Positions 15,001-26,822 of a stretch of DNA of 64,000 bases are shown here, piece after piece. The notes below the pieces were generated by a model. It saw only the letters and a list, made by a program, of their open reading frames with translations. It searched no databases and was not told the DNA's origin. Made by a program: the position numbers and the translations under genes. The DNA is from Obrimoposthia wandeli. Lineage: Eukaryota. Where the stretch lies: assembly GCA_977020255.1 (NCBI GenBank), contig CDROCS010002910.1, positions 62,001 through 126,000 on the forward strand, written 5' to 3'. Within the stretch, counting starts at the first letter, position 1; the number at the start of each line of letters is the position of its first letter.

Positions 15001-18000
15001 AGGTTCTGTATTATTTTCAGGATGTGCAATTAACGGTTTATTCGATCCAAGTAATACAACATCGGCAAACGCATCACAAACAAATGGTACATCATTATCT
15101 TCAGGACCAGGAACATTCCCTGTGTTTACGGTTCACGATGGAATTGATAGTGATGGCGATGGAAAATCAGATGATAAAGACATCGATTCAGATAATGATG
15201 GTATTCCAGATAATGTAGAAACACAAACAACTGCAGGTTATATTAAACCAATAAGTGCAACAGCAGATGCAGATATGGATGGTTTAATAGATGCTTATGA
15301 TAATAATGCAGTAATTAGTGGTTTATCACCAGTAGATTCAGATGGAGATAAAATTCCAGATTATTTAGATACAGATTCAGATAATGATGGTATAAATGAT
15401 ACCAAAGAAGCAGGTTTTACAGCATCAATAGCAAATAATGATGCAGATAATGATGGTTTATTAGATGCTTATGATAATGTATCAACAACAGGGATTTTAT
15501 TCGATGTAAACGATGACCAAGATAATGGAGCGTCAGATTTACCAAATGTAGATAATCCAACAAATCCAGAAGTAGATTTTAGAGAAATCAAAGATAATGA
15601 TGGAGATGGAATTGCTGATAGTGTTGATTTAGATGATGATAATGATGGTATTCCAGATACAGTAGAACAAAATGGAAATCCTAATAGAGATACAGATGGC
15701 GATGGAATTCCTGATCATTTAGATTTAGATTCAGATGGAGATGGAGTTAATGATCTTACAGAATCTGGTTCAGGAGCAACAGATGCTAATAATGATGGAG
15801 TTATAGATGGATCAGATACAGGTTCTGGAACAAACGGTTTATTCGATGGTTTAGAAACAACTCCAGGAAGTGGTTCAATTAATTATACTCCACAAGATAC
15901 GGATATGGATGGTATTTCTGATTTCCAAGATACAGATGATGATGGAGATGGTATACCAACCATAGATGAAGACGTAGTAACTAATGATGGAGACCCAACA
16001 AATGATGACAGTGATGGCGATAGTATTCCAAATTATTTAGATACAGATGATGATGGGGATGGAGTTGATACAGCTGATGAAGACAATAATAATAATGGAG
16101 ATTTCACAGATGATGATGATGATAATGATACTATTCCAGATTATTTAGATAACACAGATACAGATAACGATGGTATTCCAGATAGTGAAGACCTAGACGA
16201 TGATAATGATGGTAATCCAGACACAACAGATCCAAATCCATTAACGCGAACAGTAGCGAACGATGTATTAACAGTTGTAGAAGGGCAAAGTGCTACAGTA
16301 GATGTATTAACAAATGACGATTATTTACCAGGCACAGACACTACTATTGTAGATGCTGGAACAGGAACAGCGACAGGAACCGTAGTTTTCGATCCATTAA
16401 CAGGAGAGATGAGGTATACACCAGCAGCAGGAGAAGAAGGAACCACAGTAACAGTAGATTATACAGTTTGTAACACGGCAGTAAATCCAGCAGTTTGTAT
16501 GACAGCTTCGGTAACAATAACAGTACAGGCAGATAATGATGGCGATGGCGATCCAGATGTAACAGATCCAGATGATGATAATGATGGAAACCCAGACACA
16601 ACAGATCCAAATCCATTTGATGTAGTAACCAATCCAGATACATTAACAGTAGTTGAAGGAGAAAGTGCAACAGTAAATGTTTTAGCAAATGATGATTTCT
16701 TACCAGGAACAGATACAACAATTGTAGATGCAGGAACAGGAACCGCAACAGGAACTGTAACATTCGATCCATTAACAGGAGAAATGACTTACACACCAGC
16801 GGCAGGAGAAGAAGGAATGACTGTAACAGTAGATTACACAGTATGTAATACAGCAGTAACCCCAGCAGTTTGTGCAACTAATACAGTAACCATTACTGTA
16901 CAAGCAGACAATGATGGCGATGGCGATCCAGATGTAACAGATCCAGATGATGATAATGATGGAAACCCAGACACAACAGATCCAAATCCATTTGATGTAG
17001 TAACCAATCCAGATACATTAACAGTAGTTGAAGGAGAAAGTGCAACAGTAAATGTTTTAACAAACGATGATTTCTTACCAGGAACAGATACAACAATTGT
17101 AGATGCAGGAACAGGAACCGCAACAGGAACAGTAACATTCGATCCATTAACAGGAGAAATGACGTATACACCAGCGGCAGGAGAAGAAGGAATGACTGTA
17201 ACAGTAGATTACACAGTATGTAATACAGCAGTAACCCCAGCAGTTTGTGCAACTAATACAGTAACCATTACTGTACAAGCAGACAATGATGGCGATGGCG
17301 ATCCAGATGTAACAGATCCAGATGATGATAATGATGGAAACCCAGACACAACAGATCCAAATCCATTTGATGTAGTAACCAATCCAGATACATTAACAGT
17401 AGTTGAAGGAGAAAGTGCAACAGTAAATGTTTTAACAAACGATGATTTCTTACCAGGAACAGATACAACAATTGTAGATGCAGGAACAGGAACCGCAACA
17501 GGAACTGTAACATTCGATCCATTAACAGGAGAAATGACTTACACACCAGCGGCAGGAGAAGAAGGAATGACTGTAACAGTAGATTACACAGTATGTAATA
17601 CAGCAGTAACCCCAGCAGTTTGTGCAACTAATACAGTAACCATTACTGTACAAGCAGACAATGATGGCGATGGCGATCCAGATGTAACCGATTTAGATGA
17701 TGATAATGATGGGAATCCAGATGTAACGGATACCAACCCATTAACACCAACAGTTGCAGTAGATGCATTGACAGTTGTTGAAGGACAAAGTGCTACAGTA
17801 AATGTATTATCAAACGATGACTATTTACCAGGAACAGATACAACAATTGTAGATGCAGGAACAGGAACTGGAACAGGAGTTGTAAGCTTTGATCCATTAA
17901 CTGGATTGATGACGTATATTCCAGCAGCAGGCGAGGAAGGAACGACAGTAACAGTAGATTATACAGTTTGTAATACAGCAGTTAATCCTGCAGTTTGTAT

Positions 18001-20377
18001 GACATCAACGGTAACTATCACGGTTCAGAAAGACAATGATGGCGATGGAATTCCAGATGTAACCGATTTAGATGATGATAATGATGGAAATCCAGATGTA
18101 ACAGATCCAAATCCATTAACACCAACAGTTGCAGCAGATGTATTAACGGTTATAGAAGGACAGAGTGCTACAGTAAATGTATTATCAAACGATGATTATT
18201 TACCAGGCGCAAATACAACAATTACAGATGCAGGAACAGGAACCGCAACAGGAGTTGTAAGTTTTGATCCATTAACAGGATTGATGACTTATACACCAGC
18301 TGCAGGCGAAGAAGGAACTACAGTAACAGTAGATTACACGGTTTGTAATACAGCAGTTAATCCAGCTGTTTGTATGACAGCTACTGTAACAATTACAGTT
18401 CAGAAAGACAATGATGGCGATGGAATTCCAGATGTAACAGATCCCGATGATGATAATGATGGCAATCCAGATACAACTGATCCAAATCCATTAACGGCAA
18501 CAGTTGCAGATGATGTATTAACAGTAGTTGAAGGACAAAGTGGAAGTGTAAATGTATTATCAAACGATGATTATTTACCAGGTGCAAACACAACAATTAC
18601 CAATGCAGGTACAGGAACTGCTCAAGGAACAGTAAGTTTCGATCCATTAACCGGATTGATGACGTATACTCCAGCAGCAGGAGAAGAAGGAACAACAGTT
18701 ACAGTAGATTACACAGTTTGTAACACAGCAGTTAATCCAGCCGTTTGTATGACAGCTACTGTAACAATTACAGTTCAGAAAGACAATGATGGTGATGGTG
18801 ACCCAGATGTAACGGATCCCGATGATGACAATGATGGCAATCCAGATACAACTGATCCAAATCCATTAACGGCAACAGTTGCAGATGATGTATTAACAGT
18901 AGTTGAAGGACAAAGTGGAAGTGTAAATGTATTATCAAACGATGATTATTTACCAGGAGCAAACACAACAATTACCAATGCAGGTACAGGAACCGCTCAA
19001 GGAACAGTAAGTTTCGATCCATTAACCGGATTGATGACGTATACTCCAGCAGCTGGAGAAGAAGGAACAACAGTTACAGTAGATTACACAGTTTGTAACA
19101 CAGCAGTTAATCCAGCCGTTTGTATGACAGCTACTGTAACAATTACAGTTCAGAAAGATAATGATGGCGATGGTGACCCAGATGTAACGGATCCCGATGA
19201 TGACAATGATGGCAATCCAGATACCACTGATCCAAATCCATTTACCGCAACAGTTGCAGATGATGTATTAACAGTAATTGAAGGACAAAGTGAAAGTGTA
19301 AATGTATTATCAAACGATGATTATTTACCAGGCGCAGATACAACAATCGTAGACGCGGGCACAGGAACTGCTACAGGAGTTGTAAGTTTCGATCCATTAA
19401 CCGGATTGATGACCTACACACCAGCAGTTGGAGAAGGAGGAACAACAGTCACAGTAGATTACACGGTTTGTAACACAGTTGTAAATCCAGCCGTTTGTAT
19501 GACTGCTACTGTAACAATTACAGTGTTGTCTGGAGTTGACAGTGATGGCGATGGAATTCCTGATGTTATAGATATCGATGATGATAATGACGGTATTCCA
19601 GATTTTGATGAAAATGGAGGAGATGATACTTTAGATACAGATGGAGATGGTATCCCAGACCATTTAGATACAGATTCAGATGGAGATGGAGTAACAGATT
19701 TAGAAGAATCAGGTTCGGGAGCACCAGACGCAGATGGCGATGGAGTTATAGATGGAGCAAGAACAAATTCAGGAGCAAATGGTTTATATGATCCTCTAGA
19801 AACTTTTAACGATAGTGGTGTCCTAAACTATACCATTAGAGATTCTGATAGAGATGGTAAAAGAGATTTCCAAGATATTGATGATGATAATGATGGTATT
19901 AATACCAAAGATGAAGATGTAAATGGCGATGGAGACCCAACTAATGATGACACAGATGGCGACGGAATTCCAAACTATTTAGATGATGATGATGATGGAG
20001 ATGGAATCTTAACAATAGACGAATTTATGTTAGATTGTGATGTTGATGGTGTGCCAGATCATATAGACCTTACTAATTGTAATTTAATTCCAGAAGGATT
20101 CTCACCAAATGGAGATGGAACAAATGATAGGTTAGTTATTCCAGCATTATCTAAATATCCTAATTTTAGAATAGAAATATTTAATAGATGGGGTAATAAA
20201 GTATATGATTATAGTAATAAAGGAAAAACAAATCCAGAATGGTGGGATGGATATTCTACAGGAAGATTAACTTTCAATAATAGTGAACCAGTACCAACAG
20301 GAACATATTATTATATCATTTATTTTAATGATGGAAATAGAAAACCAATTACAGGATGGATTTATTTAAACAGATAA
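2..20377 (+). CDS. Giant repetitive surface adhesin (Ig/cadherin-like tandem repeats, Asp-rich TSP3-like Ca-binding repeats, T9SS type B C-terminal domain); 5' end outside window
   Basis: Frame is open from position 2 ([21 protein letters not shown]...), so the listed GTG at 59 is not the real start. Dozens of ~100-aa NDAPVA..D..EDT..L.NDSD.DG..L...GSY.FTP..NFNG...TYTVSDG repeats, plus DxDxDGIPD repeats. C-terminus [14 protein letters not shown]...[10 protein letters not shown]...WDG...GTYYYII...GWIYLNR is the gliding-motility-associated (type B, CHU_C-like) CTD. Confidence 0.93.
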   Translation, partial: GVFSANEATIGITVNAVNDVPFAIADTNSIDEGTTLNVSEANGLLNNDSDVDGNILTVTQITVGGNTYNSGVTANLTEGSLVVNSDGSYTFTPAGDFNGTVPQITYTVSDGTTTVTSTLDLTVNAINDFPIANPDTNSTNEDVTLTVLAANGVLKNDTDVDTGTTLIVTSFIVDGIAVTNTAGSTVTIPSKGIIKLDVDGGYVFTPEANFNGIVPQITYTVSDGTLTDTSTLNIIVNPVNDPPVLVADTGSINEDTVLNVLAVDGLLKNDSDTDGNPLSVTQISVGGTTYTAGVTANLTEGILVVNSDGSYTFTPASNYKGAVPQITYTVSDGTTTVTSTLDITVNSVNDRPIAVADTGSTNEDTTLNISAANGVLKNDSDIDGDVLTVTAISIAGTPRTVGTDIVLTQGTLKLNADGSYIFTPSANFNGAVPQVTYTVSDGNLNALSTLDITVNPLNDAPTVVADTNTVSEDTVLNVTAANGVLSNDSDIDGNPLTVTTFSINGTNYNPGDTANLTEGTIKINADGSYIFTPASNFNGAIPQITYTTSDGTNTSNSTLDLSVSPVNDTPTLVADTGSINEDTVLNVIAANGVLSNDSDIENNTLTVTQFTVSGINYPAGNTATITEGTLKLNADGSYIFTPALNFNGAVPQITYTVSDATNTATSTLDITVNPINDAPVANPDTNAVDEDTTLNVSAANGLIKNDTDPENNTLTVTQFTVNGTVYTAGTTATLTEGTIKINADGSYDFIPVLNYKGVVPVISYTISDGTNTTSSSLSLSVNTINDAPVAVDDTNSINEDTVLTVAAANGVLKNDSDVDGDVINVSGFAVGGTSYLAGETATLAAGTLQINADGGYVFTPATNFNGAVPQATYTITDGILTKTANLDISVNPINDSPVAVADTGTINEDVVLNVTAANGLLNNDSDPENSALSVTQFTINGTVYVAGTTATLASGTLKVNADGSYDFTPAANFNGAVPQVSYTISDGTNTANSTLNITVNSVNDAPILVADTNTTNEDITLTVTAANGVLKNDSDIENDGLTITKFTIAGTDYPVNTTANIAEGTLQINTNGDYVFTPATNFNGAYPQVTYTATDGTDTSTSTLDITVNSVNDTPTLVVDTNTVAEDAVLNVTAVNGVLNNDSDLDGDTIIVSQFTVGGTTVTVDPTNGGARIIPNIGTIKMNADGSYDFTPVANFNGTVPTITYTATDGTNTANSTLILSVTAVNDNPVATNDTSATDPNVAVNIPLLTNDNDLDGDTLSISAITVAPTKGTAVIFDNGTPGDTSDDVVTYTPQAGFNNGTDTFTYQISDGNGGFDTAVVTIAVPQSAFSPIANPDTNSTNEEVTLTVADGDAKSLIKNDTDANLDALTVTTFVVEGTTYNAGQEATFADGSKLTINAGGGYVFIPVENFNGSVPQVNYTITDGQGTPNASSTLNITVNPINDAPVANPDTNTIAEDTTLTVNTANGLLDNDSDIDGDALSVKEFEIGGTTYPAGTTANLTEGSLTINADGSYTFTPAADFNGSVPQVTYTAKDGTEDVTSTLDISVTSVNDAPVAVNDAGNTTLEDAPITINAIGANDTDDGNVVTSSIVLIDPNNPSNKAIAGNTLTIPNVGQYVVDGTTGNVTFTPVANYNGSADIKYTIQDNDGLVSENQGTIEITVTSVNDAPVVASETNSIDEDTPLTVTAANGLLNNDTDADGDPLTISTFVINGTTYNAGDTASLTEGTLVINSDGSYVFTPTSDFNGTVPQVTYNVTDGTATTTGTLDLTVNSINDAPVAVNDLGNNTLEDTLITVNAIGANDTDDGNVVLSSIILIDPNNPSNTATVGNTLTIPNVGQYVVDGTTGNVTFTPDSNYNGPASVNYTIEDNNGLVSANQGTIGITVTAVNDAPVAQADTNTLLEDTPLVVSAANGLLNNDTDTENNPLTVTQFTVGGTTYPAGTTVTLTEGTLIINTDGSYTFTPATDYNGPIPQITYTVSDGTNTANSKLDLSVTAVNDAPVAVNDLGNNTLEDTPITVNAIGANDTDDGNVVLSSIILIDPNNAANTATAGNTLTIPNVGQYVVDTTTGNVTFTPEANYNGSASVNYTIEDNDGLVSANQGTIGITVTAVNDAPVAQADTNTLLEDTPLVVSSVNGLLSNDTDTENNPLTITQFTVGGTSYPAGTTVTLTEGTLKINSDGSYTFTPATDYNGPIPQITYTVSDGTNTSNSTLDLSVTAVNDAPIVVADTNTIAEDTPLTVSSANGILNNDSDPENDSLTLTGLLINGNPATVGAPILLTEGTLQINNDGSYTFTPASNFNGNVPQVTYTVSDGTDTATSTLDIAVIAVNDAPVAQVDTNTLLEDTPLVVSAANGLLNNDTDTENNPLTVTQFTVGGTSYPAGTTVTLTEGTLKINSDGSYTFTPATDYNGPIPQITYTVSDGTNTSNSTLDLSVTAVNDAPVVVNDLGNNTLEDTPITVNEIGANDTDDGTLNISTIVLIDSNNPSNTATAGNTLTIPNVGQYVVDGTTGNVTFTPDSNYNGPASVNYTIEDNNGLVSANQGTIGITVTAVNDAPVAQADTNTLLEDTPLVVSAANGLLNNDTDTENNLLTVTQFTVGGTSYPAGTTVTLTEGTLQINSDGSYTFTPTTDYNGPIPQITYTVSDGTNTSNSTLDLSVTAVNDAPVVVNDLGNNTLEDTPITVNAIGANDTDDGTLNISTIVLIDPNNPSNTATAGNTLTIPNVGQYVVDGTTGNVTFTPDSNYNGPASVNYTIEDNDGLVSANQGTIGITVTAVNDAPVAQADTNTLLEDTPLVVSAANGLLNNDTDTENNPLTVTQFTVGGTSYPAGTTVTLTEGTLQINSDGSYTFTPATDYNGPIPQITYIVSDGTNTSNSTLDLSVTAVNDAPVVVADTNTIAEDTPLTVSSANGILNNDSDPENDSLTVTGLQINGNPATVGTPIVLTEGTLQINNDGSYTFTPADNFNGNVPQVTYTVSDGTDTATSTLDIAVTPVNDSPISNPDIGVVDEDVTLTVDAANGILANDVDPDGDPITLSEFTVGGVTYPAGTTVTLPEGNITINADGSYVFVPAPNFSGTLPTVYTATDNSNISNSTLTITVNPVNDVPVAKDDLSSTDPDVPVTITVLPNDSDVDGDSLTVSAISTQPTNGTVAINSDGTITYTPNPGFNNGSDTFEYQVCDGNGLCDTAKVTVSVPKSLFPPSANEDTAIASEDLTLTVDATNGLLSNDTDPNAGDTLTLISFQVNGTSYSPGDTVNLTEGMLTINVDGSYVFIPAANYNGSVPVVNYTVSDGLATDSSTLTIAVTSVNDVPVANPDTNVTLEDTPLNVNATTGLLVNDSDADGTTLALTQFEINGTIYSAGQTAVLTEGTLTINGDGSYVFNPAQDYLGTVPQATYTVFDGIVSATSTLDISVTGVNDTPVVVSDSGNTTPEDTPVTIATITANDTDDGTIDPSTITLIDPNNPSNTGNSTTPLVIPGVGTYTVDTAGNVIFTPELNFNGPANVNYTVKDDSGLTSNVGTIGISVTPVNDTPTAVSDISTIQEDTPLAVTAANGLLANDSDVEGTPLTVTQFTINGTNYPAGTTVTLTEGVLEINADGSYIFNPAPNYNGAVPQVTYTVSDGVNITTSTLDISVTVVNDTPIVVNDLVSVLEDTPVTIPTITANDTDDGSIDVSTITLIDPNNPSNMGNSTTPLVIPGVGTYTVDTSGNVIFTPEQNFNGPANVNYTVKDNDGVTSNVGTVGISVTPVNDVPNAVADTNTLQEDTPLAVTAADGLLTNDSDVEGTPLTVTQFTINGTNYPAGTTVTLTEGVLEINADGSYIFNPAPNYNGAVPQVTYTVSDGVNITTSTLDISVTGINDTPVVVSDSGNTTPEDTPVTIATITANDTDDGSIDPLTITLIDPNNPSNTGNSTTPLVIPGVGTYTVDTSGNVIFTPEPNFNGPANVNYTVKDNDGVTSNVGTVGISVTPVNDVPDAVADTNTLQEDTPLVVSAANGLLANDSDVEGTPLTVTQFTINGTNYPAGTTASLPEGILTINADGSYTFNPAQDYLGTVPQVTYTVSDGVNTSTSTLDISVTGVNDTPVAVSDFASTLEDTPVTIPTITANDTDDGSIDASTIVLVDPNNPSNTGNSTTPLVIPGVGTYTVDTLGNVIFTPEPNFNGPANVNYTVKDNDGVTSNVGTVGISITPVNDAPNAVADLSTVQEDTPLTVTAANGLLANDSDVEGTPLTVLEFTINGIDYPAGTTVTLPEGTLKINADGSYIFNPAQDYAGAVPQVTYTVSDGKDNATATLDITVTGQNDVPVAVNDTATTVQNTPTTVATITANDTDADGTVDASTITLFDPNNASNTGNSTTPLVIPNVGTYTIDAAGNVTFTPVPEFTGVANVNYTVNDNTGTTSNQGTISITVQSDNDGDGIIDTLDLDDDNDGIPDTVENGGTDPLADSDGDGIPDYRDPDNISVDANNDGIDDKFDQDGDGIIDQFDVDRDGDGIPDLVESGVTDANGDGQIDGFTDANNDGLDDATATTPLVTIDTDGDGVPNYQDIDSDNDGIIDNIEVQNPANYIAPSGTDTDQDGIDDAYDADCTPCGSVTGTPLNNPMNSDLDAIPNYLDLDSDNDGIVDNIEWQSTSGYIAPGPDTDGNGLADVYETNPGSGTPISLPLNTDGTDVPDYVDTDSDGDGVLDTVEAYDTNGDNVAEIVASGNDTDNDGIDDNFDLNSNGPTDTNAASNNNQDVTNFPNDQDPGTAEVDFRDDHTFGILVDTDGDGITDDIDIDDDNDGIIDVVESLGFEPSGTVNDPSCILPNVSFKNPVYVTGTGVAGSGSIGAKYRFDNVVDVTGFGGTGGVLDAIIEITDIQGGASLISIDNSTTGNPDAWQPEYTVPTPTGNKAEMAFKVILVNDGTTTLYNISRFSGVIYDIDGANARESVILSRPGLYAVDSQTLLNVTDNPATGLVTFQGPDDTYSGVDLSPKLATFFGYYNSASFNIRFSAELLSASSNTNLGSVLFSGCAINGLFDPSNTTSANASQTNGTSLSSGPGTFPVFTVHDGIDSDGDGKSDDKDIDSDNDGIPDNVETQTTAGYIKPISATADADMDGLIDAYDNNAVISGLSPVDSDGDKIPDYLDTDSDNDGINDTKEAGFTASIANNDADNDGLLDAYDNVSTTGILFDVNDDQDNGASDLPNVDNPTNPEVDFREIKDNDGDGIADSVDLDDDNDGIPDTVEQNGNPNRDTDGDGIPDHLDLDSDGDGVNDLTESGSGATDANNDGVIDGSDTGSGTNGLFDGLETTPGSGSINYTPQDTDMDGISDFQDTDDDGDGIPTIDEDVVTNDGDPTNDDSDGDSIPNYLDTDDDGDGVDTADEDNNNNGDFTDDDDDNDTIPDYLDNTDTDNDGIPDSEDLDDDNDGNPDTTDPNPLTRTVANDVLTVVEGQSATVDVLTNDDYLPGTDTTIVDAGTGTATGTVVFDPLTGEMRYTPAAGEEGTTVTVDYTVCNTAVNPAVCMTASVTITVQADNDGDGDPDVTDPDDDNDGNPDTTDPNPFDVVTNPDTLTVVEGESATVNVLANDDFLPGTDTTIVDAGTGTATGTVTFDPLTGEMTYTPAAGEEGMTVTVDYTVCNTAVTPAVCATNTVTITVQADNDGDGDPDVTDPDDDNDGNPDTTDPNPFDVVTNPDTLTVVEGESATVNVLTNDDFLPGTDTTIVDAGTGTATGTVTFDPLTGEMTYTPAAGEEGMTVTVDYTVCNTAVTPAVCATNTVTITVQADNDGDGDPDVTDPDDDNDGNPDTTDPNPFDVVTNPDTLTVVEGESATVNVLTNDDFLPGTDTTIVDAGTGTATGTVTFDPLTGEMTYTPAAGEEGMTVTVDYTVCNTAVTPAVCATNTVTITVQADNDGDGDPDVTDLDDDNDGNPDVTDTNPLTPTVAVDALTVVEGQSATVNVLSNDDYLPGTDTTIVDAGTGTGTGVVSFDPLTGLMTYIPAAGEEGTTVTVDYTVCNTAVNPAVCMTSTVTITVQKDNDGDGIPDVTDLDDDNDGNPDVTDPNPLTPTVAADVLTVIEGQSATVNVLSNDDYLPGANTTITDAGTGTATGVVSFDPLTGLMTYTPAAGEEGTTVTVDYTVCNTAVNPAVCMTATVTITVQKDNDGDGIPDVTDPDDDNDGNPDTTDPNPLTATVADDVLTVVEGQSGSVNVLSNDDYLPGANTTITNAGTGTAQGTVSFDPLTGLMTYTPAAGEEGTTVTVDYTVCNTAVNPAVCMTATVTITVQKDNDGDGDPDVTDPDDDNDGNPDTTDPNPLTATVADDVLTVVEGQSGSVNVLSNDDYLPGANTTITNAGTGTAQGTVSFDPLTGLMTYTPAAGEEGTTVTVDYTVCNTAVNPAVCMTATVTITVQKDNDGDGDPDVTDPDDDNDGNPDTTDPNPFTATVADDVLTVIEGQSESVNVLSNDDYLPGADTTIVDAGTGTATGVVSFDPLTGLMTYTPAVGEGGTTVTVDYTVCNTVVNPAVCMTATVTITVLSGVDSDGDGIPDVIDIDDDNDGIPDFDENGGDDTLDTDGDGIPDHLDTDSDGDGVTDLEESGSGAPDADGDGVIDGARTNSGANGLYDPLETFNDSGVLNYTIRDSDRDGKRDFQDIDDDNDGINTKDEDVNGDGDPTNDDTDGDGIPNYLDDDDDGDGILTIDEFMLDCDVDGVPDHIDLTNCNLIPEGFSPNGDGTNDRLVIPALSKYPNFRIEIFNRWGNKVYDYSNKGKTNPEWWDGYSTGRLTFNNSEPVPTGTYYYIIYFNDGNRKPITGWIYLNR
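5671..8960 (+). repeat. Intragenic 669-bp (223-aa, two-domain) near-identical repeat units
   Basis: The unit start tgc(g/a)ccagtagc recurs at 5671, 6340, 6994, 7663 and 8332 (spacings 669, 654, 669, 669), with long identical DNA stretches. Confidence 0.85.
16154..19528 (+). repeat. Nine tandem 375-bp (125-aa) repeats, each an Asp-rich linker plus an Ig-like domain with a C-x8-C pair
   Basis: Unit boundaries at 16529, 16904, 17279, 17654, 18029, 18404, 18779, 19154 (exact 375-bp period). Units 2-4 are nearly identical in DNA. Motif YTVCNT(A/V)V(N/T)PAVC is in every unit. Confidence 0.9.
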
Positions 20378-20382
20378 TTAAG

Positions 20383-21315
20383 ATGAAAGCAATAAATATT
20401 AAAAGAATTACAGTAATCGTTGCATTTGTATTATTTACTGTTTCAGTAAAAGCGCAACAAGATCCACAGTATACACAGTATATGTATAATATGAACATCA
20501 TAAACCCAGCATATGCTGGGTCTTATGATGCTTTAAGTCTTAATTTTTTAGCAAGAACTCAATGGGTTGGTATAGATGGTGCGCCACAAACACTAACTTT
20601 AGGCGCAAATTCTCCGGTTGGAAAAAATGTAGGATTAGGTTTGTCTCTCGTAGCAGATAAATTAGGCCCAGTAGAAGAAAAAAATGTTTACGGAGATTTT
20701 TCTTATACATTAAACCTAAATGGTAATGCTAAACTAGCACTTGGTTTAAAAGCAGGTTTTACTTTTTTTGATGCAAATTTAGCACAGTTACAAACCACAA
20801 ATCAAAATGATCTTGCTTTTATAAATAACAACATAAATACGGTTTTACCAAATTTTGGAGTTGGAGCATATTATCATACAGATAAATTTTACGCAGGTTT
20901 TGCAATCCCTAATTTATTAGAAACTTTTTATTTTGAGAAAAAAGGAGGTCAAGTAACAAGAGCGTCAGATAGGAAGCATTATTTTTTAACAAGTGGTTAT
21001 GTTTTTGATTTAAATGCTGATGTAAAATTAAAACCATCAATAATGGTTAAAGCTGCAGATGGTGCACCATTATCTGTAGATTTTTCAGGTAACATTTTAG
21101 TGTATGATAAATTAGAATTCGGACTTTCATACAGATTAGATGAATCCGTTTCAGTATTAATAAATGTAAGGGCAAGGAAGAATTTAAGAATAGGTTATGC
21201 CTACGATTACACACTTACAAACCTTGGGAATTTTAATTCAGGATCACACGAAATATTTTTACTATTTAATTTCGATTTTGAAAGAAACAAAATTAAATCA
21301 CCAAGATTCTTCTAG
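20383..21315 (+). CDS. PorP/SprF family T9SS outer-membrane beta-barrel
   Basis: Signal peptide then QQDPQYTQYMYNMNIINPAYAG...R.QWVGIDGAPQT and C-terminal GYAYD...GSHEI, the family signature. Starts 5 bp after the adhesin stop; ATG at 20383 preferred to 20356. Confidence 0.9.
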   Translation: MKAINIKRITVIVAFVLFTVSVKAQQDPQYTQYMYNMNIINPAYAGSYDALSLNFLARTQWVGIDGAPQTLTLGANSPVGKNVGLGLSLVADKLGPVEEKNVYGDFSYTLNLNGNAKLALGLKAGFTFFDANLAQLQTTNQNDLAFINNNINTVLPNFGVGAYYHTDKFYAGFAIPNLLETFYFEKKGGQVTRASDRKHYFLTSGYVFDLNADVKLKPSIMVKAADGAPLSVDFSGNILVYDKLEFGLSYRLDESVSVLINVRARKNLRIGYAYDYTLTNLGNFNSGSHEIFLLFNFDFERNKIKSPRFF

Positions 21316-21331
21316 TTTTAACAATACAATT

Positions 21332-23299
21332 ATGAAAAAAACAATACAAATTACAATAATGTTTTTCCTTTGTTCAATGACTTTAATTGGTCAAACAAAA
21401 GAAACAAAAGCGGCAGATTTACTTTTTGAAAATCTATCTTTTTCAGATGCAGCAATAGCATATAAAAGACTTGCTACAAAAAAACCTACGGAACATGTTT
21501 TAAAAAGATTAGGAGACAGCTATTACAAAAATGTCAAAATGCAAGAAGCATCAGAAGCATATACAGAATTATTTGAAATATTTACTCCAAAAGAATCTGA
21601 ATACATGTTTAAATATGCCCAAACTCTAAGAGCTATTGGTAATTTTGAAGCATCAGATAATTGGATGAAAAAGTTTCATTTAGTAAATAAAAATGATTCT
21701 AGAGGAATTAATTTTACAAGTTCAGCAGAAGATTTAGCTAAAATTAAGGATAATAAACAATATTATGACGTAACAAATTTACGAAGTATAAATACAGTAA
21801 ATTCAGATTTTGGTGTTACAGATTATGGAAATACTATTCTTTTTTCATCACCAAAAAACAGAAGCGTTTTTGTGAAAATTAGTCATACTAGAAATGAAAA
21901 ACAATTTTTAGATATCTTTAAAGTTGTAAAAGAAAAAATATCTACTAAAGAAGGAATAAATTCTGATGTTAGACCCATGTTTTCAGATGCAATTAACTCA
22001 AAGTTCCATGAATCTTCAGTAACTTTTTCTAAAGATAACAAAACAATATACTTAACCAGAAATAACTATGTAGATGGTAAATATAGAATAGACAAAAAAG
22101 GATATAATAACTTAAAAATATTAAGAGCTACATGGAATTTAGATGAATGGGACAATTTAGAAGAACTGCCTTTTAATAGTAATGAATATTCAGTAGGACA
22201 CCCTTCTATTAGTAAAGATGGTAAACGACTTTATTTTGTTTCAGATATGCCAGGAGGTATTGGTGAAACAGATATTTATTACGTAACAATAAATGATGAT
22301 GGATCATTTGGTTCTCCTCAAAATTTAGGACCAAAAATTAATACAGAAGGGAGAGAAATGTTTCCTTTCATTTCAAATGATGATATTTTATACTTTTCAT
22401 CAGATGGTCATTTTGGTATTGGAGCACTAGATATATTTGAAAGTAAATTAGAAAACGGAGATTTTCAAAAACCAGAAAACCTAAAAGCACCTGTAAATTC
22501 TAATTTAGATGATTTTGCTTTTAGTATTAACCCTGTTACTAAAGAAGGATATTTATCTTCAAATAGAGAAGGTGGTGTTGGAGATGATGATATTTATGCA
22601 GTACTTCAATTAGAAAAACCTTGTTTTAATGATATTGCAATTACAGTAATAGATAAAAACACTAAATTACCACTCGCAGAATCTAGAATTATTTTAAAAG
22701 ATAATGATGATAATCTTGTAAAAGACACCTATACAGATACTCAAGGTAATTATAAATTTAATTTACCTTGTGATCAAAATTATGTAATAATTGCTACAAA
22801 AGATACGTTTATACCAGATCAAAAATTATTTTCATCTAATGGCAAAGAACCAGTTGTTTTAGAATTAGTGAAAGTAGTTGTAGTTAAAGAAGAAGAAAAA
22901 GAAGTATTTGTATTAAATGAAAACAAAGACTTAATTATAAATATTAATCCTATTTATTTCAATTTTGATAAATCTAATATAAGACCAGATGCAAAAGTAG
23001 AATTAGATTATATTGTTAGTGTAATGAATCAATATCCTAATTTAATAATTTCTTCAAATTCTCATACAGATGCAAGAGGGAATGATTTATACAATGAAAA
23101 ATTATCAGATAAGAGAGCAAAATCTACTGTAAAGTATATTGTATCTAAAGGGATTAGAGCTAACAGAATTACAGGAAAAGGTTATGGAGAAACAAGATTA
23201 ACCAATGGATGTATAGATAATAATGGTGTAAAAATTAAATGCGCAAAAGCGCAACACCAAGCAAATAGAAGAACAGAGTTTGTAATTATAAAAAAATAA
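21332..23299 (+). CDS. PorE-like OmpA-family protein (TPR + PD40/WD40-like propeller + carboxypeptidase-regulatory-like + OmpA peptidoglycan-binding domain)
   Basis: YSVGHPSISKDGKRLYFVSDMPGG.G.TDIY and N.EGREMFPF repeats. C-terminal IYFNFDKSNIR...SHTDARG...YN..LS.KRA..T..Y...GYGETRL...QANRRTEF OmpA motif. Likely start ATG 21332. Confidence 0.88.
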   Translation: MKKTIQITIMFFLCSMTLIGQTKETKAADLLFENLSFSDAAIAYKRLATKKPTEHVLKRLGDSYYKNVKMQEASEAYTELFEIFTPKESEYMFKYAQTLRAIGNFEASDNWMKKFHLVNKNDSRGINFTSSAEDLAKIKDNKQYYDVTNLRSINTVNSDFGVTDYGNTILFSSPKNRSVFVKISHTRNEKQFLDIFKVVKEKISTKEGINSDVRPMFSDAINSKFHESSVTFSKDNKTIYLTRNNYVDGKYRIDKKGYNNLKILRATWNLDEWDNLEELPFNSNEYSVGHPSISKDGKRLYFVSDMPGGIGETDIYYVTINDDGSFGSPQNLGPKINTEGREMFPFISNDDILYFSSDGHFGIGALDIFESKLENGDFQKPENLKAPVNSNLDDFAFSINPVTKEGYLSSNREGGVGDDDIYAVLQLEKPCFNDIAITVIDKNTKLPLAESRIILKDNDDNLVKDTYTDTQGNYKFNLPCDQNYVIIATKDTFIPDQKLFSSNGKEPVVLELVKVVVVKEEEKEVFVLNENKDLIININPIYFNFDKSNIRPDAKVELDYIVSVMNQYPNLIISSNSHTDARGNDLYNEKLSDKRAKSTVKYIVSKGIRANRITGKGYGETRLTNGCIDNNGVKIKCAKAQHQANRRTEFVIIKK

Positions 23300-23318
23300 T
23301 TAAATAAATCAAAATAAG

Positions 23319-23346
23319 AAGAGCCTTTTTATAGGCTCTTTTTTTT
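23319..23346 (+). terminator. Intrinsic terminator after adhesin-porP-porE operon
   Basis: AAGAGCCT-TTTTAT-AGGCTCTT followed by a T-run. Confidence 0.75.
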
Positions 23347-23409
23347 GTCTAAAAGTTTCTTATTCCAAGAAAAACCTTATTTTCGCATTCTTATTAGAAA
23401 TGATAGAAA

Positions 23410-26400
23410 ATGAAAGCGAAATTTCCTGAATATAAAGGACTTGACTTACCAAAAGTAGCAGAAGAAATTCTTGATTATTGGCAAGAAAACAACATTTTTG
23501 AAAAAAGTGTAACTTCAAGAGAAAATGCAAAACCTTTTGTGTTTTTTGAAGGACCTCCTTCTGCAAACGGTTTACCAGGTGTACACCATGTTTTAGCAAG
23601 AGCAATTAAAGATATTTTTCCACGATATAAAACCATGAAAGGTTACCAAGTTAAGCGTAAAGCTGGTTGGGATACACATGGTTTACCTATAGAATTAGGT
23701 GTAGAAAAAGAATTAGGAATTACCAAAGAAGATATTGGTAAGAAAATTTCTGTAGAAGATTATAACGCAGCTTGTAGAAAAGCAGTAATGCGTTACACAG
23801 GTATTTGGAACGATTTAACTCAGAAAATGGGTTATTGGGTAGATATGGAAGATCCATATATTACCTATGAACCAAAATATATGGAATCTGTTTGGTGGTT
23901 GTTAAAAGAGATTTACAACAAACAATTAATTTACAAAGGCTATACTATTCAGCCATATTCACCAAAAGCAGGTACTGGTTTAAGTTCTCACGAATTAAAT
24001 CAACCAGGTACGTACCAAGATGTAACAGATACAACTGTTGTTGCACAATTTAAAGCGATAGAAAACACATTACCAGACTTTTTACAAAACGAAGGAACTG
24101 TTTATTTTATAGCTTGGACAACAACTCCTTGGACTTTGCCATCTAACACAGCATTAACTGTTGGACCTAAAATTGAATATGTTTTAGTAGAAACTTTTAA
24201 TCAATATACATTTGAACCAATAAAAGTAATTTTAGCTAAAAAATTAGTTGGAAAACAATTTGCGGGTAAAAATAATGTAGAAGTTGAAACTACTTCAGCA
24301 TTAAGTTCATACAATTCTGGTGATAAGAAAATTCCTTATCACGTTATAAAAGAATTTGTAGGTAAAGATTTAGTTGATATTAAATACGAACAAATATTAG
24401 ATTACTGTTTACCAAACGACAATCCACAAGATGCTTTTAGAGTAATTGCTGGAGATTTTGTAACTACAGAAGATGGAACAGGAATTGTACATACAGCACC
24501 AACATTTGGTCAAGATGATGCATTGGTTGCAAAACAAGCAGTACCTCCAATTCCGCCAATGTTGGTAAAAGATAGTGATGATAATTTAGTTCCTTTAGTA
24601 GATTTACAAGGAAAATTTAGACCAGAAATGGGAGAATTTGCAGGTAAATATGTTAAGAACGAATATTATAATGATGGTGAAGCTCCAGAAAGATCTATGG
24701 ATGTTGAGCTAGCTATTAAATTAAAAACAGAAAATAAAGCCTTTAAGGTTGAAAAATACAAGCACAGTTATCCAAATTGTTGGAGAACCGATAAACCAAT
24801 TTTATATTATCCATTAGATTCTTGGTTTATTAAAGTAACTGATGTAAAAGATAGAATGCACAGTTTAAACAAAACGATTAACTGGAAACCTGAATCTACA
24901 GGAACTGGGCGTTTTGGAAACTGGTTGGCAAATGCAAATGATTGGAATTTATCTCGTTCTCGTTATTGGGGAATTCCGTTACCAATCTGGAGAACAGAAG
25001 ATGGTAAAGAAGAAATTTGTATTGGTTCTGTTAAAGAATTAAAGCAAGAAATGGCAAAAGCTGTTGAAGCAGGTGTTTTAGCAAAAGATATTTTCGCAGA
25101 TTTTGAAGTTGATAATAATTCAGAAGAAAATTATGCAAAAATAGATTTGCATAAAAATATTGTTGATGAAATTACTTTAGTCTCTGCATCTGGACAACCA
25201 ATGAAACGTGAAAGCGATTTAATTGATGTTTGGTTCGATTCTGGTTCTATGCCTTATGCACAATGGCATTATCCGTTCGAAAATAAACAGAAAATCGATG
25301 AAAACGAATCTTTTCCAGCAGATTTTATTGCAGAAGGAGTAGACCAAACACGTGGTTGGTTTTATACTTTACACGCAATATCTACAATGGTTTTTGATTC
25401 TGTAGCATATAAAAATGTTGTTTCTAACGGTTTAGTTTTAGATAAAAACGGACATAAAATGTCTAAACGTTTAGGAAACGCAACAGATCCTTTTACAACA
25501 TTATCAACTTATGGTGCAGATGCAACACGTTGGTATATGATTGCAAATGCAAATCCTTGGGACAATTTAAAATTTGATTTAGAAGGAATTGAAGAAGTAA
25601 AACGTAAGTTTTTCGGAACTTTATATAACACGTATTCGTTCTTTACTTTATATACAAATACTGATGGTTTTTCTTATGAAGAAGCAGATATTCCTTTAGA
25701 AAAAAGACCAGAAATAGATCGTTGGGTTTTATCAGAATTACATACTTTAATTAATAAGGTTGATAAATTCTATGCAGAATATGAACCAACAAGAGCTGCA
25801 AGAGCAATATCAGATTTTACACAAGATTATTTGAGTAACTGGTATGTTCGTTTAAGTAGAAGACGTTTTTGGAAAGGAGATTATCAAACAGATAAAATTT
25901 CTGCTTATCAAACGTTGTACACTTGTATGAATACAATTGCAAAATTAGCGTCGCCAATTGCGCCGTTCTTTATGGATAGATTGTATCAAGATTTAAATTC
26001 TGTAACGGGTAAAGAAACATCAGAAAGTATTCATTTATCTGATTTTCCTGTATACGATGCAAGTTTTGTTGATAAAAGCTTAGAACGTAAAATGGAAAAT
26101 GCGCAAATTATATCTTCATTAGTTTTATCATTAAGAGCAAAAGAAAAGATAAAAGTGCGTCAGCCATTACAAAAAATTATGATTCCTGTTGATAGTGAAC
26201 AACAAAAGGAAGAAATTTTAGCAGTAGCAAACTTAATTAAGAATGAAGTAAATATTAAGGAAATTCAAATTTTAGATGATGCTTCAGATATTTTAATCAA
26301 ACAGATAAAACCTAATTTTAAAACATTAGGACCAAAGTTTGGAAAAGATATGCGTTTTATCGCTTCTGAAGTTCAGAAATTTGACCAAGAAGATATTAAC

Positions 26401-26817
26401 AAAATAGAGAAAGATAAAAACATTCTTCTTGACATTAATGGAAAAAATATTACTTTAGATATATCAGATGTAGAAATTTCATCGAAAGATATTGAAGGTT
26501 GGTTAGTTGCAAATGAAGGTTCGTTAACAGTTGCTTTAGATGTTACCATAACTGAAGAATTACGTAAAGAAGGAGTTGCCAGAGAATTGGTAAACAGAAT
26601 TCAGAATGCACGTAAAGACAAAGGTTTAGAGTTAGCAGATAGAATAAAATTAACGGTTTTAAATTTCGAAAACCTACAAAAATCTATCACCGATAATAAA
26701 GACTATATCATGAGTGAAACATTAACCCAAGAATTGGTTTTTGTTGATGAGTTGAAAGATGGTACAGAAATTGAGTTTGATACCATAAAAAGTAAAATAT
26801 TAATCGAAAAAATGTAA
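23410..26817 (+). CDS. ileS: Isoleucine--tRNA ligase (type 2)
   Basis: FFEGPPSANGLPGVHH (HIGH), GWDTHGLPIE, WTTTPWTLPSN, DWNLSRSRYWG, EGVDQTRGWFY and KMSKR motifs. Confidence 0.98.
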   Translation: MKAKFPEYKGLDLPKVAEEILDYWQENNIFEKSVTSRENAKPFVFFEGPPSANGLPGVHHVLARAIKDIFPRYKTMKGYQVKRKAGWDTHGLPIELGVEKELGITKEDIGKKISVEDYNAACRKAVMRYTGIWNDLTQKMGYWVDMEDPYITYEPKYMESVWWLLKEIYNKQLIYKGYTIQPYSPKAGTGLSSHELNQPGTYQDVTDTTVVAQFKAIENTLPDFLQNEGTVYFIAWTTTPWTLPSNTALTVGPKIEYVLVETFNQYTFEPIKVILAKKLVGKQFAGKNNVEVETTSALSSYNSGDKKIPYHVIKEFVGKDLVDIKYEQILDYCLPNDNPQDAFRVIAGDFVTTEDGTGIVHTAPTFGQDDALVAKQAVPPIPPMLVKDSDDNLVPLVDLQGKFRPEMGEFAGKYVKNEYYNDGEAPERSMDVELAIKLKTENKAFKVEKYKHSYPNCWRTDKPILYYPLDSWFIKVTDVKDRMHSLNKTINWKPESTGTGRFGNWLANANDWNLSRSRYWGIPLPIWRTEDGKEEICIGSVKELKQEMAKAVEAGVLAKDIFADFEVDNNSEENYAKIDLHKNIVDEITLVSASGQPMKRESDLIDVWFDSGSMPYAQWHYPFENKQKIDENESFPADFIAEGVDQTRGWFYTLHAISTMVFDSVAYKNVVSNGLVLDKNGHKMSKRLGNATDPFTTLSTYGADATRWYMIANANPWDNLKFDLEGIEEVKRKFFGTLYNTYSFFTLYTNTDGFSYEEADIPLEKRPEIDRWVLSELHTLINKVDKFYAEYEPTRAARAISDFTQDYLSNWYVRLSRRRFWKGDYQTDKISAYQTLYTCMNTIAKLASPIAPFFMDRLYQDLNSVTGKETSESIHLSDFPVYDASFVDKSLERKMENAQIISSLVLSLRAKEKIKVRQPLQKIMIPVDSEQQKEEILAVANLIKNEVNIKEIQILDDASDILIKQIKPNFKTLGPKFGKDMRFIASEVQKFDQEDINKIEKDKNILLDINGKNITLDISDVEISSKDIEGWLVANEGSLTVALDVTITEELRKEGVARELVNRIQNARKDKGLELADRIKLTVLNFENLQKSITDNKDYIMSETLTQELVFVDELKDGTEIEFDTIKSKILIEKM

Positions 26818-26822
26818 GATTT

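Noticed and set aside
955-18971. Many 60-177-aa minus-strand or alternate-frame ORFs inside the giant adhesin
   Set aside because: Shadows of the biased, repetitive sense frame. They recur with the 375-bp and domain periods and have low-complexity L/H/V composition.
16154-19528. Regular repeats considered as a CRISPR array
   Set aside because: The period is 375 bp, fully in-frame coding, with no unique spacers and no cas genes.
20356-21331. Longer ORF-track starts at 20356 and 21197 (likewise 32064, 41480, 49306, 52510, 56389)
   Set aside because: They overlap upstream genes or promoter boxes; downstream ATGs give proper signal peptides or family N-termini.
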